A stretch of DNA of 59,838 nt, the filler included, from Circinaria calcarea (lineage: Eukaryota), in NCBI GenBank assembly GCA_051942165.1. It is 8 parts of 8 records of this genome, joined end to end, with 100 filler letters (N's around TTAATTAATTAA, not from the genome) between each part and the next. Parts side by side here need not be neighbours in the genome. Positions count along the whole stretch, not along the records: positions 22,502 to 29,899 come from JAVECS010001342.1; positions 30,000 to 37,390 come from JAVECS010001343.1; 6 more parts are not named here. One strand, given 5' to 3'. Shown one piece after another: positions 24,673-35,612 of the stretch. A program made the translations under genes and the position numbers. Position 1 is the first letter of the stretch. Every line of letters starts with the position of its first letter. The notes beneath the pieces were generated by a model. The model was not told the DNA's origin, ran no database searches, and saw nothing but the letters and a program-made list of their open reading frames with translations.

Positions 24673-25755
24673 TCATGAGGTACCTGGCAATTCGAACGAT
24701 TGCCAATGAGGTTGCGATGACGCTAGCGGTAGTTCCGTGGGAGGATGTGCAAGCTCATATTTCTCCCTCGGGCTTTGTAATGCATTACCCGTGTGGGCAA
24801 TCTCATCTCCCTCCTTTTGAATGTTCTCCCAATTGCGAGCTCTTACTCGTCTCTGACTTTGACGACGTCCACAACGCCAGGCTAAATATGTAATTCCGAT
24901 AGTAACAATGATGCCAAGTGGGATCCCAAGGCCCAGGCCAATCTTCAAAGAATTGCCTGAGCCCGGGCTGGGAGCTGGACGGCTGCTTTCCGTCCCTGCT
25001 GGAAGAGCCTGAGGGGTAGTACTTGTAGGGAATGCTTGAGTAGACAATGAGGAAGTAGTTGAAGATAGGGTAGGCACACTTGTTCTCAAAGAGGAAGCTA
25101 CCGTGGTACTTGTTTGAGGTGAAGAGGAAGTTACCGTGGCACTCGTCGTCGCTGTAGAGGAAGTTACAGTAGCACTTTCCGTTGAAGGAGTCGTAGCTGT
25201 GAGCGTCGAACTGCTTGACATGGGGGTAGCAGGACTGGTCGTCTCGTCGACGCCGATTACGGTAATAGTTGTCGATGCCGCAGACAATGTAATCACATTG
25301 CGACCAGTATCGCAGTCGCAGTTGTTGCCGCCACAGCAGTATTCCCCTGGAGTTGTACAGTTTATTACCGCGCTTCCGCCCGCTTGATTGGCTTCAAGTA
25401 GTTGTTAGTATGATTGTTCCTCTAAACAGAGATTAGGACAAGGCATACTTCCTGCATCGTTGCAAAACTGAGGGCAAGCATTCGACGTAAAAGACTGATC
25501 CGTGCAGCTACCGCGTACAAAGACAATATTCTGATCTTGCGCAGCAGGTGTTCTCATACACAGCTGATTAGCCAGGCAGGCATAACCAGGGCCACAGCAG
25601 AAACTGTCTGAACGAGAGGGATAACATGGAGTGTCACCGAGGGCGGCATAATCGCCGTTGGGAAAGAAACAAGGAGGAATAGCAATTGTGGGGGATGTTA
25701 ACAGGAAAAGACAGACTGTAAATCCGGAGAAAAATACGAACACCCGAGTAGCCAT
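24673..25755 (-). CDS. Single-pass cell-surface protein: signal peptide, Cys-rich ectodomain, Ser/Thr stalk, TM helix (Mid2/Wsc-like topology)
   Basis: CFFPNG..CCGPGYACLANQLC..RGSCTDQSFTSNACPQFC [intron], S/T-rich region, then IGLGLGIPLGIIVTIGITYLAWR and basic residues. Confidence 0.8.
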
Positions 25756-27141
25756 GCTAGTAGAAAGGTATGTTGAGTGAGTAGAGTCAAGTCCTATGGA
25801 AGCGGACAAAAGATATAGAACATACTAAACAGACTTTGCTTAATATGTACCTAACCTAGTCACTCTTTTGCATGGGCTACCTGCCTCCTGGTTATGAAAC
25901 CAGTAAATTCCATATGTGAGAGAGGAAATCTTCCAGGCTGTGGCATGGGCGGCATGTGGTGATTGCCTAGCTTGCACAGACCTATCAGGTCTCTCTCTCT
26001 CTCACAAAGATACGCGCCTCGATCATAGCGAGAGTGCATTCAGCCTTTTCCTATCATAAGGGGCTGCATTGACTCCGCCGCCAGGGTAGCTGCCAACAAA
26101 AACCAACTGCATGATGCTAGCGGAGACTAATTTTAGCTTGGCGGCTGGCTTTGCTGCTAAGGTGGGCAATCCCGCTTTCCCCATTCTGATATGCTCCGGT
26201 AGATCTTCCAGTCTTTTCCTTCACCTTCGACAAAGTTGCCGAGGGCAAGGTGGACCTCAGTGCTCGCGAAACTGAGTCTTAATCTCGAACCAATTGGAAC
26301 AACTCCATTTCCCGATAATTGCAAATAGATTGAGCCCTGCCAGCTATCAACGCCCGGAGATTATCAAAGCAGTTCTAGATCCAGGTCATTAAAAGTCCCA
26401 CCCTTGATTAACAGCTGCACGGTGCGAGTAACGAATTACCGCTCGCTAAAAAGCATTGGTCGGCAGTAACTCTTCGCTTGGTCTGCATGGGTATTGATTA
26501 TTAACGCGATTTTCGTCCATTACCCCCAGCATACACAATTATTATTATATGAATTCCTGACTAAAAGAACAGTAGCTCTATCAAGCGTAATTAACGGAGG
26601 TTAATCCAATTTTCTGACGAATCTAAAGCGTGTTTTTGGCCTTGCTGCTCCGTGTATTCCGAGTAATATGTACTCCGTAGATACTCTAATTAAAGTCACG
26701 CTGATGGTATCATCCCTGCAGACTATGTACACGCCGCCCTCGCGGTAGCAGGGGCTATACCCCTGCTACTGTACATGGCAATGCCGGCTGATCCAGCCCG
26801 GAAACTCGCGCCGCCATCCCACTCCAACAAGGATACGTCTCGATCACGGAGTAGCGCTGCAATCAATCTCCCCTGAACATACAGTACGGCCATCTTAGGG
26901 AGGTGTGGTCATTATTTCAGTTGCCTGGTTTTAGCCATTATTTTACGTCTAAAACTCCTTATGTTCTCGAGAATCAAGCCTCATAGCTCCCACAATATCG
27001 ATTTTTAACTGTGTCGCTGCGCATTTTTCTGGCCTTTCAAAACAAATATGGCTTAACACTCAGATCTGCCCCGTCTGCAGTTCCGCTTCAGCTTTTCTCG
27101 TTGCAACGCTACCCGCCACCTCCTTTAGTTGGTTAAACTCG

Positions 27142-28308
27142 ATGGCTATCTCTCGGCGGTATCTCTACCTTCCTCTTGTGATTATCACCACATTCGTGCT
27201 ATACTGGCAAGTAGACTTAGTCCACAACTTGAGGCATGTGATTTTACCTTCGGAAAAATCCACAAGTACTTCGGCTTCCTCGATAACCGCCGCTGAAACG
27301 ATAACCCCGAATCCTACGACTGTTCGGGCTTCATCAACTGCTGTACCGATACCAACGTCTCAATCCACGGTCCCGAGCTATGATCGCACTTTAGTGGTTG
27401 CACGATTGAAGAAGGAAGATGTGTCCTGGATCCAAAATGAACTACCGGACTTGCATACGGCTATCTATGTTGTCGATGATCCCACCGCAGAGTTTCATGT
27501 TCCGAAAAACAAAGGCCATGAAGCAATGGCGTATCTTACCTTTATTATCGATCACTACGAAAACCTTCCCGAAATCGCAATCTTTATACATTCGGATCGC
27601 ATTACGTGGCACAACAACGACCTCCTCGATAGCGATCTTGTCAAGATGACTCGACGGTTGAATTCTGAGCGGGTCAAACGTGAAGGCTACATCAATCTGC
27701 GCTGCCATCTTCAACCAGGTTGTTCAGATAACTTGCACCTTAACAGGACAGAGGAAAATGTCCACAAGCCGGAAGAAAACATAATTAGAGGGATTTGGAG
27801 CGAATTGCATCCCTTCGACCCGATACCCGCCACCTTATCTCACCCTTGCTGCGCTCAATTCGCCGTTTCGCGAACTCAAATACGGAAATATCCTCTCGCT
27901 CGATACGTGACTTGGAGGGAATGGATTCTCAAAACCGAATTGGATGATCGATTGTCCGGCCGAATCTGGGAATACACGTGGCATTACATCTTCAGCGGGA
28001 AAGCAGACTTATGTCCGGAGCCCCATCTGTGCTATTGTGATGGGTTTAGGGTATGCTTTGAGTCAAAAGATGCTTTGAGTGAATGGTTCAGCCTTGGTGA
28101 GAGGAAGAAGGAGCTGGAAAAAGAGTATAACAATTGGAAAGAAGCTGGGCACACCTCGGAGAACAAAGCGAAAGCAGGGATTGACGAGGAAGATAAAGTC
28201 TACAGGCGTCGTATCGACGAGATGAGATCGGATCTGGAGAGATTAAAGCGTGAGGCTTTAGCAAGGGGGGATGATCCTATCGCTAGGGATAAGGCTTTGG
28301 GACAGTAA
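27142..28308 (+). CDS. DUF3431 family protein, 388 aa
   Basis: LVVARLKKEDVSW, PKNKGHEAMAYLTFIIDHY, WHNNDL, GYINLRC, CCAQFAVSR and GRIWEYTWHYIF. Confidence 0.92.
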   Translation: MAISRRYLYLPLVIITTFVLYWQVDLVHNLRHVILPSEKSTSTSASSITAAETITPNPTTVRASSTAVPIPTSQSTVPSYDRTLVVARLKKEDVSWIQNELPDLHTAIYVVDDPTAEFHVPKNKGHEAMAYLTFIIDHYENLPEIAIFIHSDRITWHNNDLLDSDLVKMTRRLNSERVKREGYINLRCHLQPGCSDNLHLNRTEENVHKPEENIIRGIWSELHPFDPIPATLSHPCCAQFAVSRTQIRKYPLARYVTWREWILKTELDDRLSGRIWEYTWHYIFSGKADLCPEPHLCYCDGFRVCFESKDALSEWFSLGERKKELEKEYNNWKEAGHTSENKAKAGIDEEDKVYRRRIDEMRSDLERLKREALARGDDPIARDKALGQ

Positions 28309-29706
28309 AATGTATATATATATATATGTTGAAGACTGGTAAAATCCCAGTTCTTAAGCTTTCTAATCTGGCAGAACTTAGTGATAGTAGCTATAACTGC
28401 CCATTCCTTAATAATCTGGAAAAAAGAATTATTTGGTTTTGGTTTTTGGTCTGCTGGCTCCGCATTTACTAGCTTACATTTATATAATGCAACGCTTCCA
28501 TCACCAGCAGGGGTAAACGTTTGTATTATATATTTCCTGAATGTTAAAAGGGAACTGGAGCTCTGGTGGAAGGGTTTTAATATCGCGACTATTAATATAA
28601 CTAGTTATCCCATCGGCATCTAGAACAAAGATATAGATTCCAGACACCGTAATATCTTTTAACAAGATCTTAACGATTATATGATCGGGGTTCTCTGGAC
28701 CAGCACTGCGAACGTGAAAGCATGAGGCGAATTTAACTACTCTACAGCAAAAGGCTTCCTTCTTTTCCATCCACCACCACACCTTTACTTACCCCCTACA
28801 CCATTCTTGCTCGAAACTCCCGCACCCATCATTACCGCACTCTTACCCCCATACATACTAATAAAAGCACCTTGCATCGGGGTCCGGCACTCCAAGTACT
28901 CGCCAATCCTTCTTTCCCCCTTCATCCTTTCCGGCCTTTCACCAATCCCCTACCGGGCAAATCCGGTCCACCCGCACTTCCCCTTCACAAATTTCTAGCA
29001 AAACAATCGTACCACCATCTCTTTCCTCTCCTGGCACTCGTCTCGAGTCAAACTTTTTTTGAGCTTAGACGGCGGTAGATATGGCTCGATAAGAATACGC
29101 AGGTAGGATCTGAAGGGTAGAGGGGAGAGAAGAGGAGAGGAGAAAATCGGGAGGAAAAGGGGAAGGGATGAGGGGAGAGGCGGGGAGCCAACGTGGAGAC
29201 ACGGCGGATGGGGTAGGGGCAAAGGTATCGAAGTCGGAATAACGACTGAATTTTGGTTTCTGTTGGTCTGCTCAGGCGCGATGAGAGGAACTGCTTCCGG
29301 GCTTTTGTTGATTTCAGGGAAAAGTAAGATTCTCACGTTTGGACTCACACAGCAGTAGGAAAAATAAGTAGTAAGTTTAAACACTCGAATAAATTCTCGA
29401 TGTTACAGTTACCAATATTCTATTTGCCGAAGCCGATTCAGTTCGTCATTTCTCTTTCACCTCAACGTTCCCCCAAACCGAGGACTCGTTTCATCGTATT
29501 CTTGCCTGAGCATTAGTATATACAGTAAACCAGGACCGAAGAGACTATAAGCTTAAGCCGCCTAACTCTCGCGGCTTACAGCTTGGGATTTGCGGCGATG
29601 CAACAGTCTTCTCGGGTGTATCTATATATATAACTGCACCATCCCCTCCGAATCCTGTACTCTATCCATCACTGCAGTACTCACGAATCCACTCTGGCAT
29701 AGCTTT

Positions 29707-29899
29707 TCAGTCTGGAAATTGGTCGTGGTAATCAGTTTCTCCAGCCAGCAACTTGTCAATGTTCAGCTTCGTGCTCCACCTGATATTCAACGTCTTCCCT
29801 TCTTTGAGCTCAGGAACGCCAGGGTTGATGTCACTTCCCTTGCCTGCCCCTCCTGCAAACCGATGGGCCTGGAAGTATGTTGGATTGGCGCTGACGCAC
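29707..29899 (-). CDS. 3' end of an unidentified gene
   Basis: Open frame from the contig edge: CVSANPTYFQAHRFAGG...LNIRWSTKLNIDKLLAGETDYHDQFPD*. Confidence 0.4.
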
Positions 29900-29999
29900 N
29901 NNNNNNNNNNNNNNNNNNNNNNNNNNNNNNNNNNNNNNNNNNNTTAATTAATTAANNNNNNNNNNNNNNNNNNNNNNNNNNNNNNNNNNNNNNNNNNNN
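29900..29999. other. Artificial contig linker
   Basis: N44-TTAATTAATTAA-N44. Confidence 0.98.
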
Positions 30000-31231
30000 T
30001 CAATCAAAACGGGCTTGTGAGGATGCTCATGTGGATGCCGGATCATGAGAAGACTACAGTCTTGCCGCGAACCATAATGGTTCGAAGAAAACTAGCGGTA
30101 CTAGGAGAATTTACATGCCATATCGAGGAGGTCGCTGGGAACGCTCAGGGGCAGGTAGCACGGCGAAGAGCACCAGAAATTGATTTTGAAAGTGGTGTGA
30201 AGACGGCAAACCGTATGGAAAAAGCCAACATACAAATTCCTTCGCCTCGGTTGCCCGAGCTAGCACGTCAGATACAACAAGCCCATATTAATGCGGGCAA
30301 TGCTGGTCCGGATATCTTAGAACCTCCGTCAAGTTTTGTTGTAGAAAATGAGCCTGATTGGTACAAAGAACTGCGTGCGCTCGAGAAAGGTTTTGCGGAT
30401 GGGGTACTTTCTCGAAGAGTCGGTGATCCACCCGGTGGAAGCGAGGAGTTTAAGTACCGAAAAGGTGTGATCAGCGCACCTCTCACGCCAGAGTACATTC
30501 GCTTTAGGTATCTGGCAAACATAGAAAGGGACCAGCGTAGGAAAAAGAGCAGGCTCGATGAGCTGGTTCAAGAGCAAGAAGATCTTGATGCGTTGGATCT
30601 AACAATCAGAGAAGATCATACCCTTGATGATCAAACTCGCAAGTCAAAGTGTGAGGAGCTAGAAGAGCGGCAGAAACAATTTCAACATCGCCTGGACAGA
30701 TTACCGATACGTCGGGATGTGACTGTGCAGACTCTTGTCGATGACAAACGGGCCATCTCGGTCTCCCCTCCTATCCTTCAATGGGATCGAAGGACCGCTG
30801 AGCCTATCATCGCCAATCCTCAAGAATTCCACGCTCCTAAAACCCTTGCTCTCCTCGATTTCCAACCCCGTACGCCCTCGGTCAACCCACTTACGAAGAC
30901 TCAAAGACGCTATCTTGACGCCATGCTCGTCAGTTTTTTTATCAACCCCGGTCAGAACGTTCGTACAGCACTCAACAGCCTCGCCCTCGGTGCTGCTGAT
31001 GCCTTGATACCCCAGGCTCCATCTTTACGCGATCCCCGCAAAGGTGGTCGATATGACGTGGATCAGCTACGTGTGCGCTTACTGACTACGGAAATGCTCT
31101 CAGAGCTGGCGGTTGCATGGGATAAGTGGCCTTTTCGACCAAGCATGGCCGATTTGATGAGAGACCAGGATACCGGGGATTATTTGGATGAGGGTGGCAC
31201 AGGTGCTGGGAAGTCTCGACTGAATGGTTAA
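30000..31231 (+). CDS. Second copy (3' part, 404+ aa) of the MTF1/mtTFB-like gene, 5'-truncated by the contig edge
   Basis: Open frame differing from the 32842-35222 product at about 23 of 404 residues. Confidence 0.85.
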
Positions 31232-34073
31232 ATTGAGTATCAAATCCTTCTCTTGATCCTTTTCATTTGCAGCATATGCATCAAGTAGCCAACCGAGAAG
31301 ATCATCTAAACATATGTCTCCGCCTGTGGTTTACGATGTTGGGGTATGAGTGAATTTCAGGCGCTTGTTGACCCTCGCCACAGTTAAGGAACCGGTCGAT
31401 AAAACGGCTGGTCTCCCAGTCTGCCCAGTTAACCTCCCACTCAACCACCATTGTATTGCCTCTTTCGGCCCGTTGCGCTCGACCATGATTGAAAAGTCGA
31501 GGTTTCTGGCGCTTACTCGCTTACGCCCACCTTTTCCGCAACCCTAATCTCCCCGCCCACATTCCCTCTTCCGGCCGATTCTTCAACCATCGTCGAACGT
31601 CGATTTTTGATGCCCGCGCTTACTCGCTTATCCCACCCACACTTTCTCCCTCCATCCCCTTCTGTTTCCGCCTTCCCATCCTGTCAGCCTAATTAAATCT
31701 CCTTTGGCTAGCTTCCGAATGCCCCCGCGCTTACTCGTGCGCGCCAGGATCTCCTTGTTGGATTTTGGAATGCTACCGTCATAAATATTACTGTCCGGTT
31801 TGATGGGCTTTCGGAGAATAGACTGACTGTAAACTATGGGACGTCTCGGTAGGTAGAGATATAGCCAATGCACCAAAGGGAGCAAACAAGTAGGTATCTT
31901 TCTATCCCATGCGTTGTAAATGGTAAACAAAGCAACAGTCTCAAGCTACCCAAGAGTTCCCAACATGGGTTCGCCCATCTTGTCCCCGTCTCTCCTCTTC
32001 TCTCCCCCTCAACCAAAAGGCCAGGGTTTGGTTGAGGGGGAGAGAGGAGGAGAGACAGGGACAAGATGGGCGAACCCATGTCGGGAACTCTTGGGTAGCT
32101 TGAGACTGTTGCTTTGTTTACCATTTACAACGCATGGGATAGAAAGATACCTACTTGTGTGCTCCCTTTGGTGCATTGGCTATATCTCTACCTACCGAGA
32201 CGTCCCACAGTTTACAGTCAGTCTATTTCTCCGAAAGCGCATCAAACCGGACAGTAATAGTTATGACGGTAGCATCCCCAAAATCCAACAAGGAGATTCC
32301 TGGCGCGTACGCACACATAGTGTGCCAGGCGTGGTAGTAGGCGAGTAAGCGCGGGGGCATTCGGAAGCTAGCCCAAGGAAAAGAGATTACGGCTGACAGG
32401 ATGGGAAGGCGGAAACAGAAGGGGATGGAGGGAGAAAGTGTGGGTGGGATAAGCGAGTAAGCGCGGGCATCATCGACGTTCGACGATGGTTGAAGAATCG
32501 GCCGGAAGAGGGAATGTGGGCGGGGAGATTAGGGTTGCGGAAAAGGTGGGCGTAAGCGAGTAAGCGCCAGAACCTCGACTTTCAATCATGGTCGAGCGCA
32601 ACGGGCCGAAAAAGGCAATACAATGGTGGTTGAGCGGGAGGTTAACTGGGTAGACTGGGAGACCAGCCGTTTTATCGACCCGTTCCGTAACTGTTGCGAG
32701 GGTCAACAAGCGCCTGAAATTCACTTATACCCCAACATCCGAACCACAGGCGGAGACATGTGTTTAGATTATCTTCCCGGTTGGCTACTTGATGCATATA
32801 CTGCAAATGAAAAGGATCAAGAGAAGGATTTGATACTCAATTTAACCATTCAGTCGAGATTTCCCAGCACCTGTGCCGCCCTCATCCGAATAATCCCCGG
32901 TATCCTGGTCTCTCATCAAATCGGCCATGCTTGGTCGAAAAGGCCACTTATCCCATGCAATCGCCAGCTCTGAGAGCATTTCCGTAGTCAGTAAGCGCAC
33001 ACGTAGCTGGTCCACGTCATATCGACCACCTTTGCGGGGATCGCGTAAAGATGGAGCCTGGGGTATCAAGGCATCAGCAGCACCGAGGGCGAGGCTGTTG
33101 AGTGCTGTACGAACGTTCTGACCCGGGTTGATAAAAAAACTGACGAGCATGGCGTCAAGATAGCGCCTTTGAGTCTTCGTAAGTGGGTTGACAGAGGGCG
33201 TACGGGGTTGGAAATCGAGGAGAGCAAGGGTTCTAGGAGCGTGGAATTCTTGAGGATTGGCGATGATAGGCTCAGCGGTCCTTCGGTCCCATTGAAGGAT
33301 AGGAGGGGAGACCGAGATGGCCCGTTTATCATCAACAAGGGTCTGCACAGTCACATCCCGACGTATCGGTAACCTCTCCAGGCGATGTTGAAATTGTTTC
33401 TGCCGCTCTTCTAGCTCCTCGCACTTTGACTTGCGAGTTTGATCATCAAGGGTATAATCTTCTCTGATTGTTAGATCCAACGCATCAAGATCTTCTTGCT
33501 CTTGAACCAGCTCATCGAGCCTGCTCTTTTTCTTGCGCTGGTGCCTTTCTATGTTTACCAGATACCTAAAGCGAATGTACTCTGGCGTGAGAGGTGCGTT
33601 GATCACACCTTTTCGGTACTTATATTCCTCGCTTCCACCGGGTGGATCACCGACTCTTCGAGAAAATACCCCATCCGCAAAACCTTTCTCGAGCACACGC
33701 AGTTCTTTGTACCAATCAGGTTCATTGTCTGCAACAAAACTTGATGGAGGTTCTAAGATATCCGGACCAGCGTCGCCTGCATTAACATGGGCTTGTTGTA
33801 TCTGACGTGCTAGCTCGGTCAACCGAGGCGAAGGAATGTGTATGTTGGCTTTTTCCATACGTTTTGCCGTCTGCATACCGCTTTCAAAATCAATTTCTGG
33901 TGGTCTTCGCCGTGCTACCTGCCCTTGAGCGTCCCCAGCGACCTCCTCGATATGGCATGTAAATTCTCCTAGTACCGCTAGTTTTCTTCGAACCATTATG
34001 GTTCGCGGCAAGACTGTAGTCTTCTCATGATCCGGCATCCACATGAGCATCCTCACAAGCCCGTTTTGATTGA
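30000..34073. repeat. Giant imperfect palindrome: arms 30000-32017 and 32027-34073, 9-nt loop AGGCCAGGG (32018-32026)
   Basis: Base-by-base reverse complementarity, e.g. TCTCCCCCTCAACCAAA-loop-TTTGGTTGAGGGGGAGA. The ORF track shows mirrored ORFs on both strands. Confidence 0.97.
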
Positions 34074-35222
34074 AATTAGATTGATTCTGGATAGACCGAA
34101 AGTAATCTATGATCCTGTGGTGGGAGTCGGGTATCCCTGAGACTGGTTTGCGAGACGACTTTTTGCGAATGTCCATGTTGGCTATTATAAGCAGAGAGGT
34201 GTTCTGCCCTTCTTGATCGCGAGTCCTACCCTCCGGTCCTTCCAGCGCTGGCAGTAGGCCATCGGCGATATATCGGTTTGCATCCCACTTACCTATTATA
34301 TCCTGGTACTCCGCGAGTCGATATTTAGAATCAGGAGCGTCAAGCAAAGGCTGAAGAAAGCGTGAAAACACATTCATCATGGGCTCGACCAAGATGTGCC
34401 TTCTGGGCTTGAGGACATCATGGAGTTTAGAGGACCATAAACCAACCCCGGGGTGGATATCGACAATGTTGCAGCCAATAAGATTACTCAGGGATGGTGC
34501 AAGACGCTTGAGAATGTCATCTAGCATGAAGTCAGACACTTGTATGGCTTGGAACTTCGATCACCATTGCATCTAACCCACGACCCTGTGATCGATTACA
34601 GAGACTTACCACAGAGATCTGGACTGACAATCTGAACACGATCCAAACGACCTCCTCTTCCTCTCTCTTGTAGCTGCCGTACAATAGGATTCCCAGCCAA
34701 GGCTGTAGTGCCCGGTATTGCATTGGGACTATCCCCCTCAGCCTGAGATTCGGTTATGTTTATTTCTTCCGAGCGTGTCGCTGTAACATTGGTCTGCGAG
34801 ATTTCTCGTCCTCCCTCCCGTACATGAGTTTTCAGCGCCTTAGGTTCAACCGGCGGCCCTCTTTCCTTTAGGTCCACAATTTCAAGATCCGGTGCTTCAT
34901 GGACAGTCTGGCGCCGCCTTCGTGCTCGCTTCGGGACATCCAAAGAGTTGGTAATGGTCTTTGTTCTTGGTCGCCTTCGTTTAGGCGGGTCAGAGCTCGT
35001 AGTCAAATCTATGGCTGAGGTAGAAGTAGTATCATCTGTGCTGGGCTTGAATGCATCAAGCAACCCGACTGAGGATTCTTTATTCGTTTCCCGTGATGAA
35101 GGCTCAATGGATCTTCTAACGCAGCTACTGAAGCCATTGGCAACGTTCCATCTGTGATGCCGTATGCTGTAGCCCTTCCACCTGAACAGACATTGGGTAC
35201 CAATACTACCCCCATATTTCAT
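32842..35222 (-). CDS. MTF1: Mitochondrial transcription factor MTF1/mtTFB-like (rRNA adenine dimethylase/SAM-MTase fold), 2 exons
   Basis: Arg/Ser-rich presequence-like N-terminus. RVQIVSPDLC [intron about 34609-34522] DDILKRL..IVDIHPGVGLWSSKLHDVLKPRRHILVEP, GLVRMLMW, LLDFQP and LAIAWDKWPFRP. Confidence 0.78.
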
Positions 35223-35612
35223 AGCCTTGTTAATAGCCACGTAAGACCCTATGATTCCGCGTCGTTTTAGATACCATTTACTTCAGCACGCCTGGCTCTT
35301 GAGTTGTCACTCAGCTCATCCGACATTCCGATGAAATTTTCAGGGATTAATCCGGCGTTCAGTTTGATATGGTCCGTGCTTCAAAGTACGGGAGACTTCT
35401 CTCACGGCGGGATGGCACAAAGTGGTCTTCCGTAGAGCAGTCTGACGTCTTTCTGCATGGGAATAAGCACATGGTGGGAGATGGACAGGCAGGACGCGCC
35501 TGTCATGATCAGGCATCAACCCACCATTACAATCTCGAACTGGAGTTTGTTGTTGCATTTATCTGTGTGATACACGCATTACTCTGCAAGCCGGCGTCTC
35601 AGTTTAACAAAG

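Noticed and set aside
32018..32026. Hairpin telomere or amplification fold-back chimera as the explanation of the palindrome
   Set aside because: Both would give essentially identical arms, but the arms differ by many substitutions and indels. A two-haplotype assembly chimera is not excluded.
31350..32724. Mirrored small ORFs in the palindrome core (MVNKATVSSY..., MNFRRLLTLA...)
   Set aside because: Non-ATG starts, frameshifts between the two arms and no recognisable motifs. They are a by-product of the symmetry.
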